Assembly (NCBI GenBank): GCA_042570925.1 | Contig: JBHPFX010000004.1 | Span: 9,291-73,290 of the forward strand | Direction of reading: 5' to 3' | DNA from: Patescibacteria group bacterium | GTDB taxonomy: Bacteria > Patescibacteriota > Patescibacteriia > UBA10025 | DNA length: 64,000 nt | Part shown: positions 19,993-28,708 of the stretch, one piece after another | Layout: every line of letters starts with the position of its first letter | How positions within the stretch are numbered: the first letter of the stretch is position 1 | The notes under the pieces: model-generated | The model's input: the letters and a program-made list of their open reading frames with translations, nothing else | Databases searched by the model: none | Told to the model about the DNA's origin: nothing | Position numbers and translations under genes: made by a program

Positions 19993-20811
19993 TTACACGC
20001 CAGTCTCAACAGGCCGTACTTTTCTTTTATTATCAAAATAACTTAGTGCGTACACCACAATGAAAATTGGCGTCATAATTAATAAAAATGGCACTAAAAA
20101 GTCAGATTCCGGAAGTATCATCCCGATAATAAGCAGTCCAATTGTCTCAGCACCCACTAAAATTATTGCCGGCAACTTTCCGAAATCACGTAAAAGTATC
20201 AGTGCAAATAGTACTAAGAACATAAAATCCCCGCTTCCGAGACTTAAGCCTTCAACCGTAACTGCCGGAAACATAAATGTAGGTGTTGCGCTTTCTACGG
20301 GAACAGTAAATGTCGGCAACAAATACTGAGTAAGCATAATATCATATATCGTCCAGAGAATAGCTACAGTAAATAATATCCCCGTGCGTAGATATCTCAT
20401 CCTTATGAGCAACGTAGCACCACCGAGAGTAACAAGAATGATTATGATATTTAAAAATATAAATGAAGGACTTGAGATATATATATAAAAAATGATCCCA
20501 GTGATAATCAGCGAAATGATTACTGAAATAAAATTTGATCGTACCCACTTCATTGCTATTAAAAAAAATGACTCAAACAACAGCAACCCGAAGAGAAACA
20601 TAAACATCTGAGAGACGCGATGCATTCCTCCCGTTTGCGAAACAGTGTACCAAAATACTCCTCCAATCACCAAAGCGAGAAATACGGAAGTCAGACTGAT
20701 TTTATTTGGAAGTCTCCGCACCAGTTCCGATCGAGTAGGAACGTATAGATAATATATTATCGCCAGCAATCCTGCTGCAAGGAATATTATACTGAGTGAT
20801 AGAAAATTCAT
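19993..20811 (-). CDS. presenilin/signal-peptide-peptidase-like intramembrane aspartyl protease (A22-like)
   Basis: About 9 TM. YD (ILWTIYDIML) is in predicted TM6, GxGD (LSLGSGDFMF) in TM7, and a PAL-like LPAIIL follows downstream. Confidence 0.55.
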   Translation of the reverse strand: MNFLSLSIIFLAAGLLAIIYYLYVPTRSELVRRLPNKISLTSVFLALVIGGVFWYTVSQTGGMHRVSQMFMFLFGLLLFESFFLIAMKWVRSNFISVIISLIITGIIFYIYISSPSFIFLNIIIILVTLGGATLLIRMRYLRTGILFTVAILWTIYDIMLTQYLLPTFTVPVESATPTFMFPAVTVEGLSLGSGDFMFLVLFALILLRDFGKLPAIILVGAETIGLLIIGMILPESDFLVPFLLIMTPIFIVVYALSYFDNKRKVRPVETGV

Positions 20812-20820
20812 ACCTTGATA

Positions 20821-21390
20821 TTAGAATGTTATAAGGATCGATACAATAGATATCATCAAAAGCAACACATACACTTTTTGAACTGGAGCATGATATGGCC
20901 GAGCTCGTTTTAAATCATGAATAAATACTCTTGAAGTAATGGCCCAAACCGAAAGATATAATGCAAACCATCCTAAATGAATCCATACAGTAATTAATTG
21001 AAGTTCTAGATTTACAATCAGTATCGCTGCGTTAGTTGATATATTCGCTAAAAAAACAAAGATTCCATGAAGAATTGGATTTTGCTTATTAAATGGGTAG
21101 ATTACAATTCCGATCGTTGATAATGCCCCAATAATTCCACTCAGTTGTATTAACAATATATTTTCATCAAGATGAGTACCTATAGTAATCCAAACAACAA
21201 TAATGGCTATTGCAAAATATACTGTAGTCCATGTATTGAAAAATCGTGAAACTTTTGTATTTTTATCATATCCAAGATCGCTATAATAGCTCCACAAATA
21301 TCTAAACGGCTTATAATATGTCGCCATCGCGATATGCGATCCAATAAGAAATACTATCACACCAGATATGCCAATAATTTTTTCAATCAT
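20821..21390 (-). CDS. hypothetical polytopic membrane protein
   Basis: 189 aa, about 6 TM. No family confidently recognised (possibly DUF998-like). Confidence 0.55.
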   Translation of the reverse strand: MIEKIIGISGVIVFLIGSHIAMATYYKPFRYLWSYYSDLGYDKNTKVSRFFNTWTTVYFAIAIIVVWITIGTHLDENILLIQLSGIIGALSTIGIVIYPFNKQNPILHGIFVFLANISTNAAILIVNLELQLITVWIHLGWFALYLSVWAITSRVFIHDLKRARPYHAPVQKVYVLLLMISIVSILITF

Positions 21391-21430
21391 GTGAATATTT
21401 TAACATCAAATTTTCTCCTCGAGAAGATAC

Positions 21431-21459
21431 TTGACTGATAGTATCGAAGTCCTTATACT
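21431..21459 (+). promoter_or_regulatory. sigma70-like promoter (TTGACT-17-TATACT)
   Basis: Near-consensus hexamers with a 17-nt spacer, about 45 nt upstream of the GTG start. AGGAGA Shine-Dalgarno at 21491-21496. Confidence 0.55.
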
Positions 21460-21502
21460 TCTTTAATTATCGTTTTCATCTCAATTTGAAAGGAGAAAAG
21501 GT

Positions 21503-21784
21503 GTGGAGATACTAGGATTGCTCTTTCAATTGATCTTCGCTCTTTTTCCATTCATCCTTGTTTTTCTTGCGATCCAAATCGTCAAAACGATTGGGCAACA
21601 GGAATCACAAGCTCAGAATGAACCTATCCATTGCCCCAAATGCGGTAAAAGGCACTTTACACAAGCAGGTCAAGGAGGACCTGTGAGTGGGTTCGTTTCG
21701 GCAGTATTTGGTAAATGTGGCAAAACATACATGTATCGCTGTCTCGAATGTGGAGAGGTGTGGAGCGTTTACTTTCCAGAATAG
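21503..21784 (+). CDS. small membrane-anchored zinc-ribbon protein
   Basis: GTG start with a good SD. N-terminal TM, then CPKC...CLEC. Confidence 0.6.
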   Translation: MEILGLLFQLIFALFPFILVFLAIQIVKTIGQQESQAQNEPIHCPKCGKRHFTQAGQGGPVSGFVSAVFGKCGKTYMYRCLECGEVWSVYFPE

Positions 21785-21828
21785 AGCGTACGAATTCATC
21801 ATACAAAGATGTGATCGTACGCTTTTTC
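21785..21828 (+). terminator. intrinsic terminator
   Basis: 9-bp stem agcgtacga/tcgtacgct followed by a T-run. Confidence 0.6.
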
Positions 21829-21896
21829 ATTTTATTTAAAAAACATAGCCGAGGGACTTGCGTCCCCCGACTACTTTCATTCTTCTACTTATGATT

Positions 21897-22694
21897 CTAT
21901 AGCAGTGAATCAACTACTGCGGTAAATTGCTCATACGGCTGTGCGCCGGAAACCGGGATTTGCTGATCTCCAGATACGATAACCGAATATGGAGTTCCCT
22001 GCCCTCCTGCAGCTGTTGCAGCAGTTACAGCGTCCTGAATTTTCTGCGTGTACTTCCCTGAACTTAAACAGTCCTCAAACTTCGTTACATCAATACCTGC
22101 GTATTCAGCAATGTCACTTAGCTGAGATTCAAGCAATCCATCATTTGACGGCGTGATCTCATAGAGTCGATCGGTAAATGCCCAAAATCCATCATTACCA
22201 CCGAGTTCTCCCGCGCACTCTGCTGCTTCAGCTTCTTTTGCTGCTTTTTGGTGAAGTGATGAGAGAGGAAAATGTCTGTATACCCAATTTACCTGACCAT
22301 CGTAGTTATCAACTACCTGTTGAATGGTGGGATGCACCCTTTTACAAAATGGGCATTCCGAATCAGAATATTCAATAACACTCACTGGAGCATTTCTATC
22401 TCCCTTTACCCAATCAGTGTCAGTTATTTCAGCTATTACTGCATTTGTCGGACTTGGGACTGTGGGTACAGCCGTTGGTGTAGGCGCAACAGTATTAGTA
22501 TTGGATCCTGAATCCGTAACCGCATCACTGTTAGTTTTACTTGCTGATACTGATAAGGTTTCCCCTCCAAGGAGAAATACAAAGAATCCTGCTGTTGCTA
22601 CCATCATAATTGAGAGTGCTAAACCGAAGAAGAATGAGCGTTTTGGTCCAAGGACATCAAATAGTCCTTTTTGTTCTTGTTCCATAGAAAACAA
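21897..22694 (-). CDS. DsbA-family thiol:disulfide oxidoreductase (membrane-anchored or exported)
   Basis: N-terminal TM, low-complexity T/P/A linker, and a thioredoxin fold with the active site SECPFCKRVHP. Confidence 0.85.
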   Translation of the reverse strand: MFSMEQEQKGLFDVLGPKRSFFFGLALSIMMVATAGFFVFLLGGETLSVSASKTNSDAVTDSGSNTNTVAPTPTAVPTVPSPTNAVIAEITDTDWVKGDRNAPVSVIEYSDSECPFCKRVHPTIQQVVDNYDGQVNWVYRHFPLSSLHQKAAKEAEAAECAGELGGNDGFWAFTDRLYEITPSNDGLLESQLSDIAEYAGIDVTKFEDCLSSGKYTQKIQDAVTAATAAGGQGTPYSVIVSGDQQIPVSGAQPYEQFTAVVDSLL

Positions 22695-22727
22695 TTAATT
22701 AACAATTAATACAAATACATCGCAAAT

Positions 22728-22744
22728 TCTATGCTTAGCATAGA
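22728..22744. promoter_or_regulatory. perfect 17-bp palindrome (candidate operator)
   Basis: TCTATGCT-t-AGCATAGA between the stop at 22770 and the dsbA-like start at 22694. The 1-nt centre makes it a poor RNA hairpin. Confidence 0.3.
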
Positions 22745-22769
22745 TTGATGTTACTAACGTGTATGTATA

Positions 22770-23150
22770 TTAATCAAAATGCATTCTATGAATTTTTCCG
22801 CGTGCGAATGCCTTCACAAGATTATCATGAGATCTTGTATGCCATGATGTCTGTTTTTTATAGTATTCACAAAGTGCATTCTTTGTAGAAAATAAATCTT
22901 GAAAGTTGGAGCTGAGTATACGCGTTACTATTATCCACAATATTACCATTAATATCGGCAAAATTGCTGCAGAAATACCCTTAATATAATCGAGATGGAG
23001 TATTCCCTGTTGAAGCTGGGGAAATTCACACATTAGTCCCTGAAATGGCTCATGGGATGTAAACACAGCCTGCTGGCAACCAGAGATAATAAAGGGAAGG
23101 ATTGCAGATGCCAATAATATTAAAATGATAATTACCTTGCTAATCTTCAT
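22770..23150 (-). CDS. hypothetical two-TM protein with Cys-containing exported loop and His-rich tail
   Basis: MKISKVIIILILLASAILPFIISGC (possible lipobox), a second TM, and a C-terminal ...WHTRSHDNLVKAFARGKIHRMHFD. Confidence 0.5.
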   Translation of the reverse strand: MKISKVIIILILLASAILPFIISGCQQAVFTSHEPFQGLMCEFPQLQQGILHLDYIKGISAAILPILMVILWIIVTRILSSNFQDLFSTKNALCEYYKKQTSWHTRSHDNLVKAFARGKIHRMHFD

Positions 23151-23197
23151 ATCTTTATGTTATCTTTTTTCTCTCATTGTTATGAGCATATCCTTCG

Positions 23198-23689
23198 TTA
23201 CAATTGATCAGATAATGCAATATCGTATTTCTCTGATATGATCTCACGTAATTCGTTTAGATGATGTTCTCCAACTTCTTCTGCAATAGCTTTTGCAAAA
23301 TAGGTTGCCAGATAATGATTTCCATGTCCTTCCATAATTTCCCCAATACACTCTCCACACGGGTGAACGCCATTTACTACATCCTCCAAACAAGTACATG
23401 CCGCACCCTCTCCGTGTTTTGGCGTTTTTTCAATACAGTACATACATGGCTTTTCTAGACAACACGCATACATCCCCTCCGGTAGCATCGCCGAGTGAAC
23501 TGATTCCTTGTGAGTCATAAATTCCTCTCTATGCCCGTTAACATCCATCATATGATGATGCATCCATGATATCTGAGGCGAGATAAACACCGCTGTGATC
23601 AATCCCACAATCAAACCTGCGACACCTAACACAGCACTTTTCTGCAATATACTATCCGATTTTTCTTTCATGTTATTATATTGTTTCAT
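23198..23689 (-). CDS. membrane-anchored Cys/His/Met-rich protein (putative metal binding)
   Basis: One TM, then WMHHHMMDVNGH, then ACCLEKPCMYC...GEGAACTC...HPCGEC...EGHGNH. No family recognised. Confidence 0.6.
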   Translation of the reverse strand: MKQYNNMKEKSDSILQKSAVLGVAGLIVGLITAVFISPQISWMHHHMMDVNGHREEFMTHKESVHSAMLPEGMYACCLEKPCMYCIEKTPKHGEGAACTCLEDVVNGVHPCGECIGEIMEGHGNHYLATYFAKAIAEEVGEHHLNELREIISEKYDIALSDQL

Positions 23690-23698
23690 TGTAGTATT

Positions 23699-24178
23699 TT
23701 ATAAAGAGATAAATTCAGATACTATTCCGTCATTTACTGATACAACATCAAATGTTCCTGACTTTGTCCCAGGCATACCTGGAGATCCTGCCGGCATTCC
23801 TGGAAGTGCTATACCGTCAATTTTTGGTTGTTCGGTGAGTAACTTATCAATAGCTTCAATAGGAACATGACCATCAATAAAATAACCATCAATTAATGTT
23901 GTATGACAACTTTCTACACTAGAAGGCACTCCATTTTCTTTTTTTATTGATTGCATGTCGTTCGTTGCTATTGTCTCAACATCAAAACTATTTTCTTTCA
24001 GATATGCAATATGATTAACACAACATCCGCATGTTGGAGATTTGTAGACTACTGCTTTTACCTTATTAGCTTGATTATCAGTTGCACTACTGCTTTTTAT
24101 AACTCCACTCCATAAGAAGAACATTCCACCCATAACTACGAATACTATTGCACTAATAATGATATTTTTCTTTTTCAT
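23699..24178 (-). CDS. DUF411 (CopG-like) metal-binding protein
   Basis: Start trimmed to MKKKNIII (signal anchor). SPTCGCC, ESCHTTLIDGYFIDGHVP and a C-terminal GMPAGSPGMPG are typical of DUF411. Confidence 0.8.
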   Translation of the reverse strand: MKKKNIIISAIVFVVMGGMFFLWSGVIKSSSATDNQANKVKAVVYKSPTCGCCVNHIAYLKENSFDVETIATNDMQSIKKENGVPSSVESCHTTLIDGYFIDGHVPIEAIDKLLTEQPKIDGIALPGMPAGSPGMPGTKSGTFDVVSVNDGIVSEFISL

Positions 24179-24231
24179 AAAATACAAAAAATAATGATTA
24201 AACACATAACCACCAGGCTAAATATATTCTT

Positions 24232-24570
24232 TTACTCCCTTAACGCAATCTTTTCAAAATTAAATAAATGTATGTATCTTGTTGTAGTTGATAATGTGAT
24301 AATATTGCGTAAAATCATCATTACAGCAATTGTCGCCATAATCATCACAACCAATACATTAGTCATTATTCCCTGATTCTCACTTTGCGATGTTGATGCA
24401 GCTGACAAACAATGAAGAAGACAAGATGGTTCCACAGGACATTCAGGCCCCTCACATGAACTTTCTGTACTCATGGTCATCTTCTGATGCGACAAAGCCT
24501 CATAAGCTGGTAAATACAATATACCGCTAAGTACAATTAAACAGGTAACAATAAATACTATCTTTTTCAT
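24232..24570 (-). CDS. hypothetical two-TM protein with Cys-rich exported loop
   Basis: Signal or TM, then SSCEGPECPVEPSCLLHC, then a second TM. The antisense ORF 24194..24376 is judged spurious. Confidence 0.5.
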   Translation of the reverse strand: MKKIVFIVTCLIVLSGILYLPAYEALSHQKMTMSTESSCEGPECPVEPSCLLHCLSAASTSQSENQGIMTNVLVVMIMATIAVMMILRNIITLSTTTRYIHLFNFEKIALRE

Positions 24571-24598
24571 ACAAAAGCATTATAGCAGAGTTATGTAT

Positions 24599-25603
24599 TT
24601 ACGATAGAGTGATAATATTATTACCTACCATCCAATTAATCTGATCGTGCAATGACTCTGATAACGGCCTTGATATAAAACCAAGTTCATTTCTTGCTTT
24701 TTTACTATTAACTAACGAATTACTCACAAGCGTTTTAATAGAATACGCGGTAAAAAGAGGCTTCATTTTTAGAAGTCTGTAGTATACTGCTGAAAGCGGC
24801 GCGGTAATGTTTACAAACCATACCGGCAACTTAAGCTTTGGTGCCGGAATGCCAGTTGCATCCTGGAGAATCAATAACATCTCCTTTACACTAATCTGCC
24901 CTCCGGAAAGTATATAGACCTCCCCTTTCTTTCCCTTTTCAGCAGCAAGTATGTGCCCCTGAGCAACATCACGAACATCCACGAAGTCATATGCTCCATC
25001 CACATATGCTTTAAGCTGTTTCTTCGCATACTGTCTGCATAATGCTCCCATTTCTGAAATTTTAAAGTCATAGGGTCCAATTACACCCGTTGGACAAACA
25101 ATAATAGCATCAAGACCATCTTTTACTTCGTTTAACACATCAAGACTTGCCTGAGCCTTTGTTTTTTCATATATCGCTTTTTTCTCTTCTGGATAAAATC
25201 CGCATTCTTCAGTGAATGCAGTCCCCCTTGTAGGCTCTCTCAGAGCGTGGATTGAACTTGTATACACAAGACGACGCACACCGCTGACGCGACATGCTTT
25301 CATTACATTTTTCGTTCCCTGAACATTCACTAGCTCAACGAGCTTTTCTGTTCCTTTAGAAATTGCTATAACACTCGCGAGATGATATACGGTATCTGCG
25401 CCTTTGAATACTTTTTTTAAAGATTCTACATCCAAAACATCTCCTTCAACTTTTTCAACGTCAAGATCCGCTAATGATGAAGTATCTTCACCTTTCAGTA
25501 TTAATGCCCTTATGGTATGCCCACCTTTTTTAATTAATTCTCTAATGAGAACGTTACCAATATGTCCTGCTGCACCGGTAATTGCGATCACCGAAGATGA
25601 CAT
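24599..25603 (-). CDS. NAD-dependent epimerase/dehydratase (extended SDR, dihydroflavonol-reductase-like)
   Basis: Rossmann motif ITGAAGHIGNVL and the catalytic YxxxK (YEKTK). Confidence 0.85.
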   Translation of the reverse strand: MSSSVIAITGAAGHIGNVLIRELIKKGGHTIRALILKGEDTSSLADLDVEKVEGDVLDVESLKKVFKGADTVYHLASVIAISKGTEKLVELVNVQGTKNVMKACRVSGVRRLVYTSSIHALREPTRGTAFTEECGFYPEEKKAIYEKTKAQASLDVLNEVKDGLDAIIVCPTGVIGPYDFKISEMGALCRQYAKKQLKAYVDGAYDFVDVRDVAQGHILAAEKGKKGEVYILSGGQISVKEMLLILQDATGIPAPKLKLPVWFVNITAPLSAVYYRLLKMKPLFTAYSIKTLVSNSLVNSKKARNELGFISRPLSESLHDQINWMVGNNIITLS

Positions 25604-26379
25604 TACAACGACTCAATTACTTTATTTATAATTCTCTTTCCATTTGCCGCAATAAATGATTCCTTAATATCCTGTTTAAAAATATTTCCTTTAAAGTCAG
25701 TGATAATGGCCCCGGCTTCTTGTGCAAGTAATTTACCTGCTAAATAATCGTGCTTTTCCATTACATAATTCACGACGGCTTCAATTTTCCCGGAAGCAAG
25801 TAAGCAAAAGTCATTAGCAGGCGACCAATTAGTGAGTATGCGCATCGCTCCATTCATTTCAAGTTTTTTTAATGTTGTACAGTTATAATTTCTAGAAGAA
25901 ATACTCCCCGCCAAATACGCAATTGTTGATTGAGCATATGAATAATGTTTGTTCACTTTCAGTGGGGTTTTTCCCATATATGCCCCATTACCTTTTTCTG
26001 CATGATACACGAGATCGAGATGTGGCTGGTAGATGACACTCGCAATAACTTTATCATAACGCAATAGTGCGATAGGAATAGAATAATTTGGTATACCAAT
26101 AATGAAATTAAATGTCCCATCTAGAGGATCGACTACAAGGGTATATTCAGATTTTTTGCGTAAACTTCCAGCCTCCTCTGAATAAATACTATATGTCGGA
26201 AAAGACTTTGTCAGAATGTTAATAATTGCACCCTCTGACTCAATATCAGCTTTTGTGTAATAGTCATGATTTGACGTTTTCTGAATACGCTGAAGATTAC
26301 GGCCAAAATACTTATTAAGTACGATACCCCCGGCTTTCGCCGCCTTTACCATGTTTTTTATAGGATTCCCCATACACAA
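25603..26379 (-). CDS. inositol monophosphatase family protein
   Basis: IMPase motifs EEAG...VVDPLDGTFNF. Confidence 0.85.
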   Translation of the reverse strand: MCMGNPIKNMVKAAKAGGIVLNKYFGRNLQRIQKTSNHDYYTKADIESEGAIINILTKSFPTYSIYSEEAGSLRKKSEYTLVVDPLDGTFNFIIGIPNYSIPIALLRYDKVIASVIYQPHLDLVYHAEKGNGAYMGKTPLKVNKHYSYAQSTIAYLAGSISSRNYNCTTLKKLEMNGAMRILTNWSPANDFCLLASGKIEAVVNYVMEKHDYLAGKLLAQEAGAIITDFKGNIFKQDIKESFIAANGKRIINKVIESL

Positions 26380-26477
26380 CCATTTTACTCTTACTATAAC
26401 CGATTTTCAATGCACCCAAAAATACTGCAAATTACCATCTTTGCTTTCTTTGTCTTTACTGAATGTATGTATTTACC

Positions 26478-26723
26478 TTAAGTCTTTTTTACGACTACTA
26501 TTGTACAATTAGCGACTAACGCTGCTACAGCTCCTACCGCAGCTAGTACCGGGGCAATAATAGTACCCACCGCTCCGATTGTCAGAGGAATTTCAATTAT
26601 CTGTTCATCCTTTTCATTTTTTATAATAATCCTACGGGCATTGCCCTCTTTGATGAGTTCTTTCACTTTTTCCACAACCTTTTCTCCTGAAACCTTAAAC
26701 TCCTCTTTTTGTTCATTTGTCAT
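26478..26723 (-). CDS. DUF4342 domain protein
   Basis: 81 aa: VEKVKELIKEGNARRIIIKNEKDEQIIEIPLTIGAVG... with a hydrophobic tail. Confidence 0.7.
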   Translation of the reverse strand: MTNEQKEEFKVSGEKVVEKVKELIKEGNARRIIIKNEKDEQIIEIPLTIGAVGTIIAPVLAAVGAVAALVANCTIVVVKKT

Positions 26724-26750
26724 ATGATTAATTTATTAAATTAATAATAA

Positions 26751-28475
26751 TTACCAGCTTCCACCACCGCCTCCACCGAATCCACCGCCAGAAAATCCAC
26801 CTCCACCGAATCCAGAACTTCCTCCTCCTGCGCTCGATGGTTTCGATGCCATGGTCGAATTCATGTTTGAAGACATGCTCGACATCATTGAAGTGAATAC
26901 AATTGCGTTAAAGGCGACATTAGAACTTCCTTCATACCAAGATGGTGATTCAAGGTACATGTCCTTAAATTGTTTTGCCCATTCTTTCTCCACACCGAGT
27001 GCCATCGCATGAGGAAGATGTTTTTCAAACTGTTCAGGTTTTTTTTCTGGAGCATTGTGAAATTTCAATCTTTCTTCCTCCGTTACTGACAAAAACCATT
27101 TAAAACCCTGCACGAGCTCTTTCACTTCAGCTCCATGCTTTGTTTTGGCAGGCATAATCCATCCATATATGAGAATTATTAATCCACTCGCAGCTCCTGC
27201 AGCAGTCCACACCAATGAGAATCCCGGAAATAAAAATATTGATATCATTAATATACCTGATCCTATACCTACATATTTTGTTCTCACAGTATTTGGATTT
27301 TCCAGATAATACTGATTATCAACCAAGCTACCGTACATTGCTTTTTTAATATTAGGAAGCTTTTTATAGAACTTATTTTTTAAATCTTTTAACTCCACAG
27401 CACCTCCTATCTTTCCATTACCAAATAGTCCATTAAACACCTCCCTCTCCACATTATCGTTTTTACTGTTGAGTTCACCTAGTTTTATGAATTCATAATT
27501 CTTCTTTCCAAGGTCTTTTATTTTTATATATCCCTTCACAGCCAAACCGATTATTGTCGCCGATATGTCGCGCATATCAGCTTTTTCATCCCATAATGAC
27601 CCCATAACACCGGCATTCATACCTTCTGGTGCTTCATACTGAGGTACGATAGTACCCCTTCCTTTTGGGTCCTTTCCCTTCGTCATCCATAGTCGATGAA
27701 AATAAATCCACACGAGCACCGGAATTAGAAAATACCAATTATCAATTAAAAAATCTAAAAGATTTTGAGTGAATGGAGGTTTTATTACAACTTCTTTAGG
27801 AAATCCTACCACAACAGTCATGCCCTCGTAAGCTTCTAAAGATTCTTTCGTTACAAAAGTGCTCGCACCTCCTGTTGCAACATCTGAAACACAATCTGTT
27901 TCAGTTGATCCATAAGCACCGGTATAACAGGCTAACTGAAGTTCTGACGCAGTAAGTGTCTCAGGAAGTGTAATTGTTGCTTCTGCATTTAAAATAGGAA
28001 TTTCCCATTCGTCTCCCGTAACATTCCAAAATACTTCGTCATGATCATCGAAATAGTTGATCGCTCTTTTTACTGAATACGTTAATACATATGTATGTTC
28101 CCCCGAAATATATACATCTGGATCCCCAATCTTTAATACCACATATCCTCCGGATTTACTTTCTTCATATTTGTATGAAGATCCATTTTCGTCTGTCACC
28201 GACTGGACATTATATCGAGTAGTATAGCGCGTTCCTTGCCGCGTATACTTGTACGGAATCTCTCTGTATATTCCATGATGGTCATAATCTCCAAAATTGT
28301 ACTGAATTGTTTCCGTAACAGTAATCGTACTGTCTTCACTTACGACAATATCAACCGCAAAATTGGTAATTTGCTCCTGAACACCCTGCGTGTTCGCTTG
28401 GATGGGAATAAGTAAAATAAGGAATACGAAAAGTATCATTATTTTATTCATACGAGCTTTTTGGTGAAAAATCAT
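26751..28475 (-). CDS. DUF2207 domain membrane protein
   Basis: Signal sequence, beta-rich ectodomain, several TM, and a characteristic Gly-rich C-terminus GGGSSGFGGGGFSGGGFGGGGGGSW. Start may be 28451. Confidence 0.8.
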   Translation of the reverse strand: MIFHQKARMNKIMILFVFLILLIPIQANTQGVQEQITNFAVDIVVSEDSTITVTETIQYNFGDYDHHGIYREIPYKYTRQGTRYTTRYNVQSVTDENGSSYKYEESKSGGYVVLKIGDPDVYISGEHTYVLTYSVKRAINYFDDHDEVFWNVTGDEWEIPILNAEATITLPETLTASELQLACYTGAYGSTETDCVSDVATGGASTFVTKESLEAYEGMTVVVGFPKEVVIKPPFTQNLLDFLIDNWYFLIPVLVWIYFHRLWMTKGKDPKGRGTIVPQYEAPEGMNAGVMGSLWDEKADMRDISATIIGLAVKGYIKIKDLGKKNYEFIKLGELNSKNDNVEREVFNGLFGNGKIGGAVELKDLKNKFYKKLPNIKKAMYGSLVDNQYYLENPNTVRTKYVGIGSGILMISIFLFPGFSLVWTAAGAASGLIILIYGWIMPAKTKHGAEVKELVQGFKWFLSVTEEERLKFHNAPEKKPEQFEKHLPHAMALGVEKEWAKQFKDMYLESPSWYEGSSNVAFNAIVFTSMMSSMSSNMNSTMASKPSSAGGGSSGFGGGGFSGGGFGGGGGGSW

Positions 28476-28568
28476 ACATATAGTATAGCACCAACATAGT
28501 TAAAAAGCATCTCTAACTTACGCATAGTGACTTTTCCACTTTTTTTCATTACGACACTTTTTATACCC

Positions 28569-28598
28569 TTGACACAAATATTGTTTTGGGGGTAGACT
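28569..28598 (+). promoter_or_regulatory. sigma70-like promoter (TTGACA-18-TAGACT)
   Basis: Consensus -35 and a 4/6 -10, about 110 nt upstream of the GTG start at 28709. Confidence 0.4.
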
Positions 28599-28708
28599 GT
28601 GTGAGGCCTCAACAGGGCACATTGACAAAAGGTCTTTCCCCTCACGAAAATGTCACGAGGTAAACCGCAGACACCTTCGATCGGGACAATCGAAAGGAGT
28701 GATGTGAC

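Noticed and set aside
28702-28707. ATG-TGA 'start-stop' mini-ORF in the leader of the 28709 gene
   Set aside because: The ATG lies only 2 nt after the AGGAG SD, too close for initiation. The SD spacing fits the GTG at 28709 instead.
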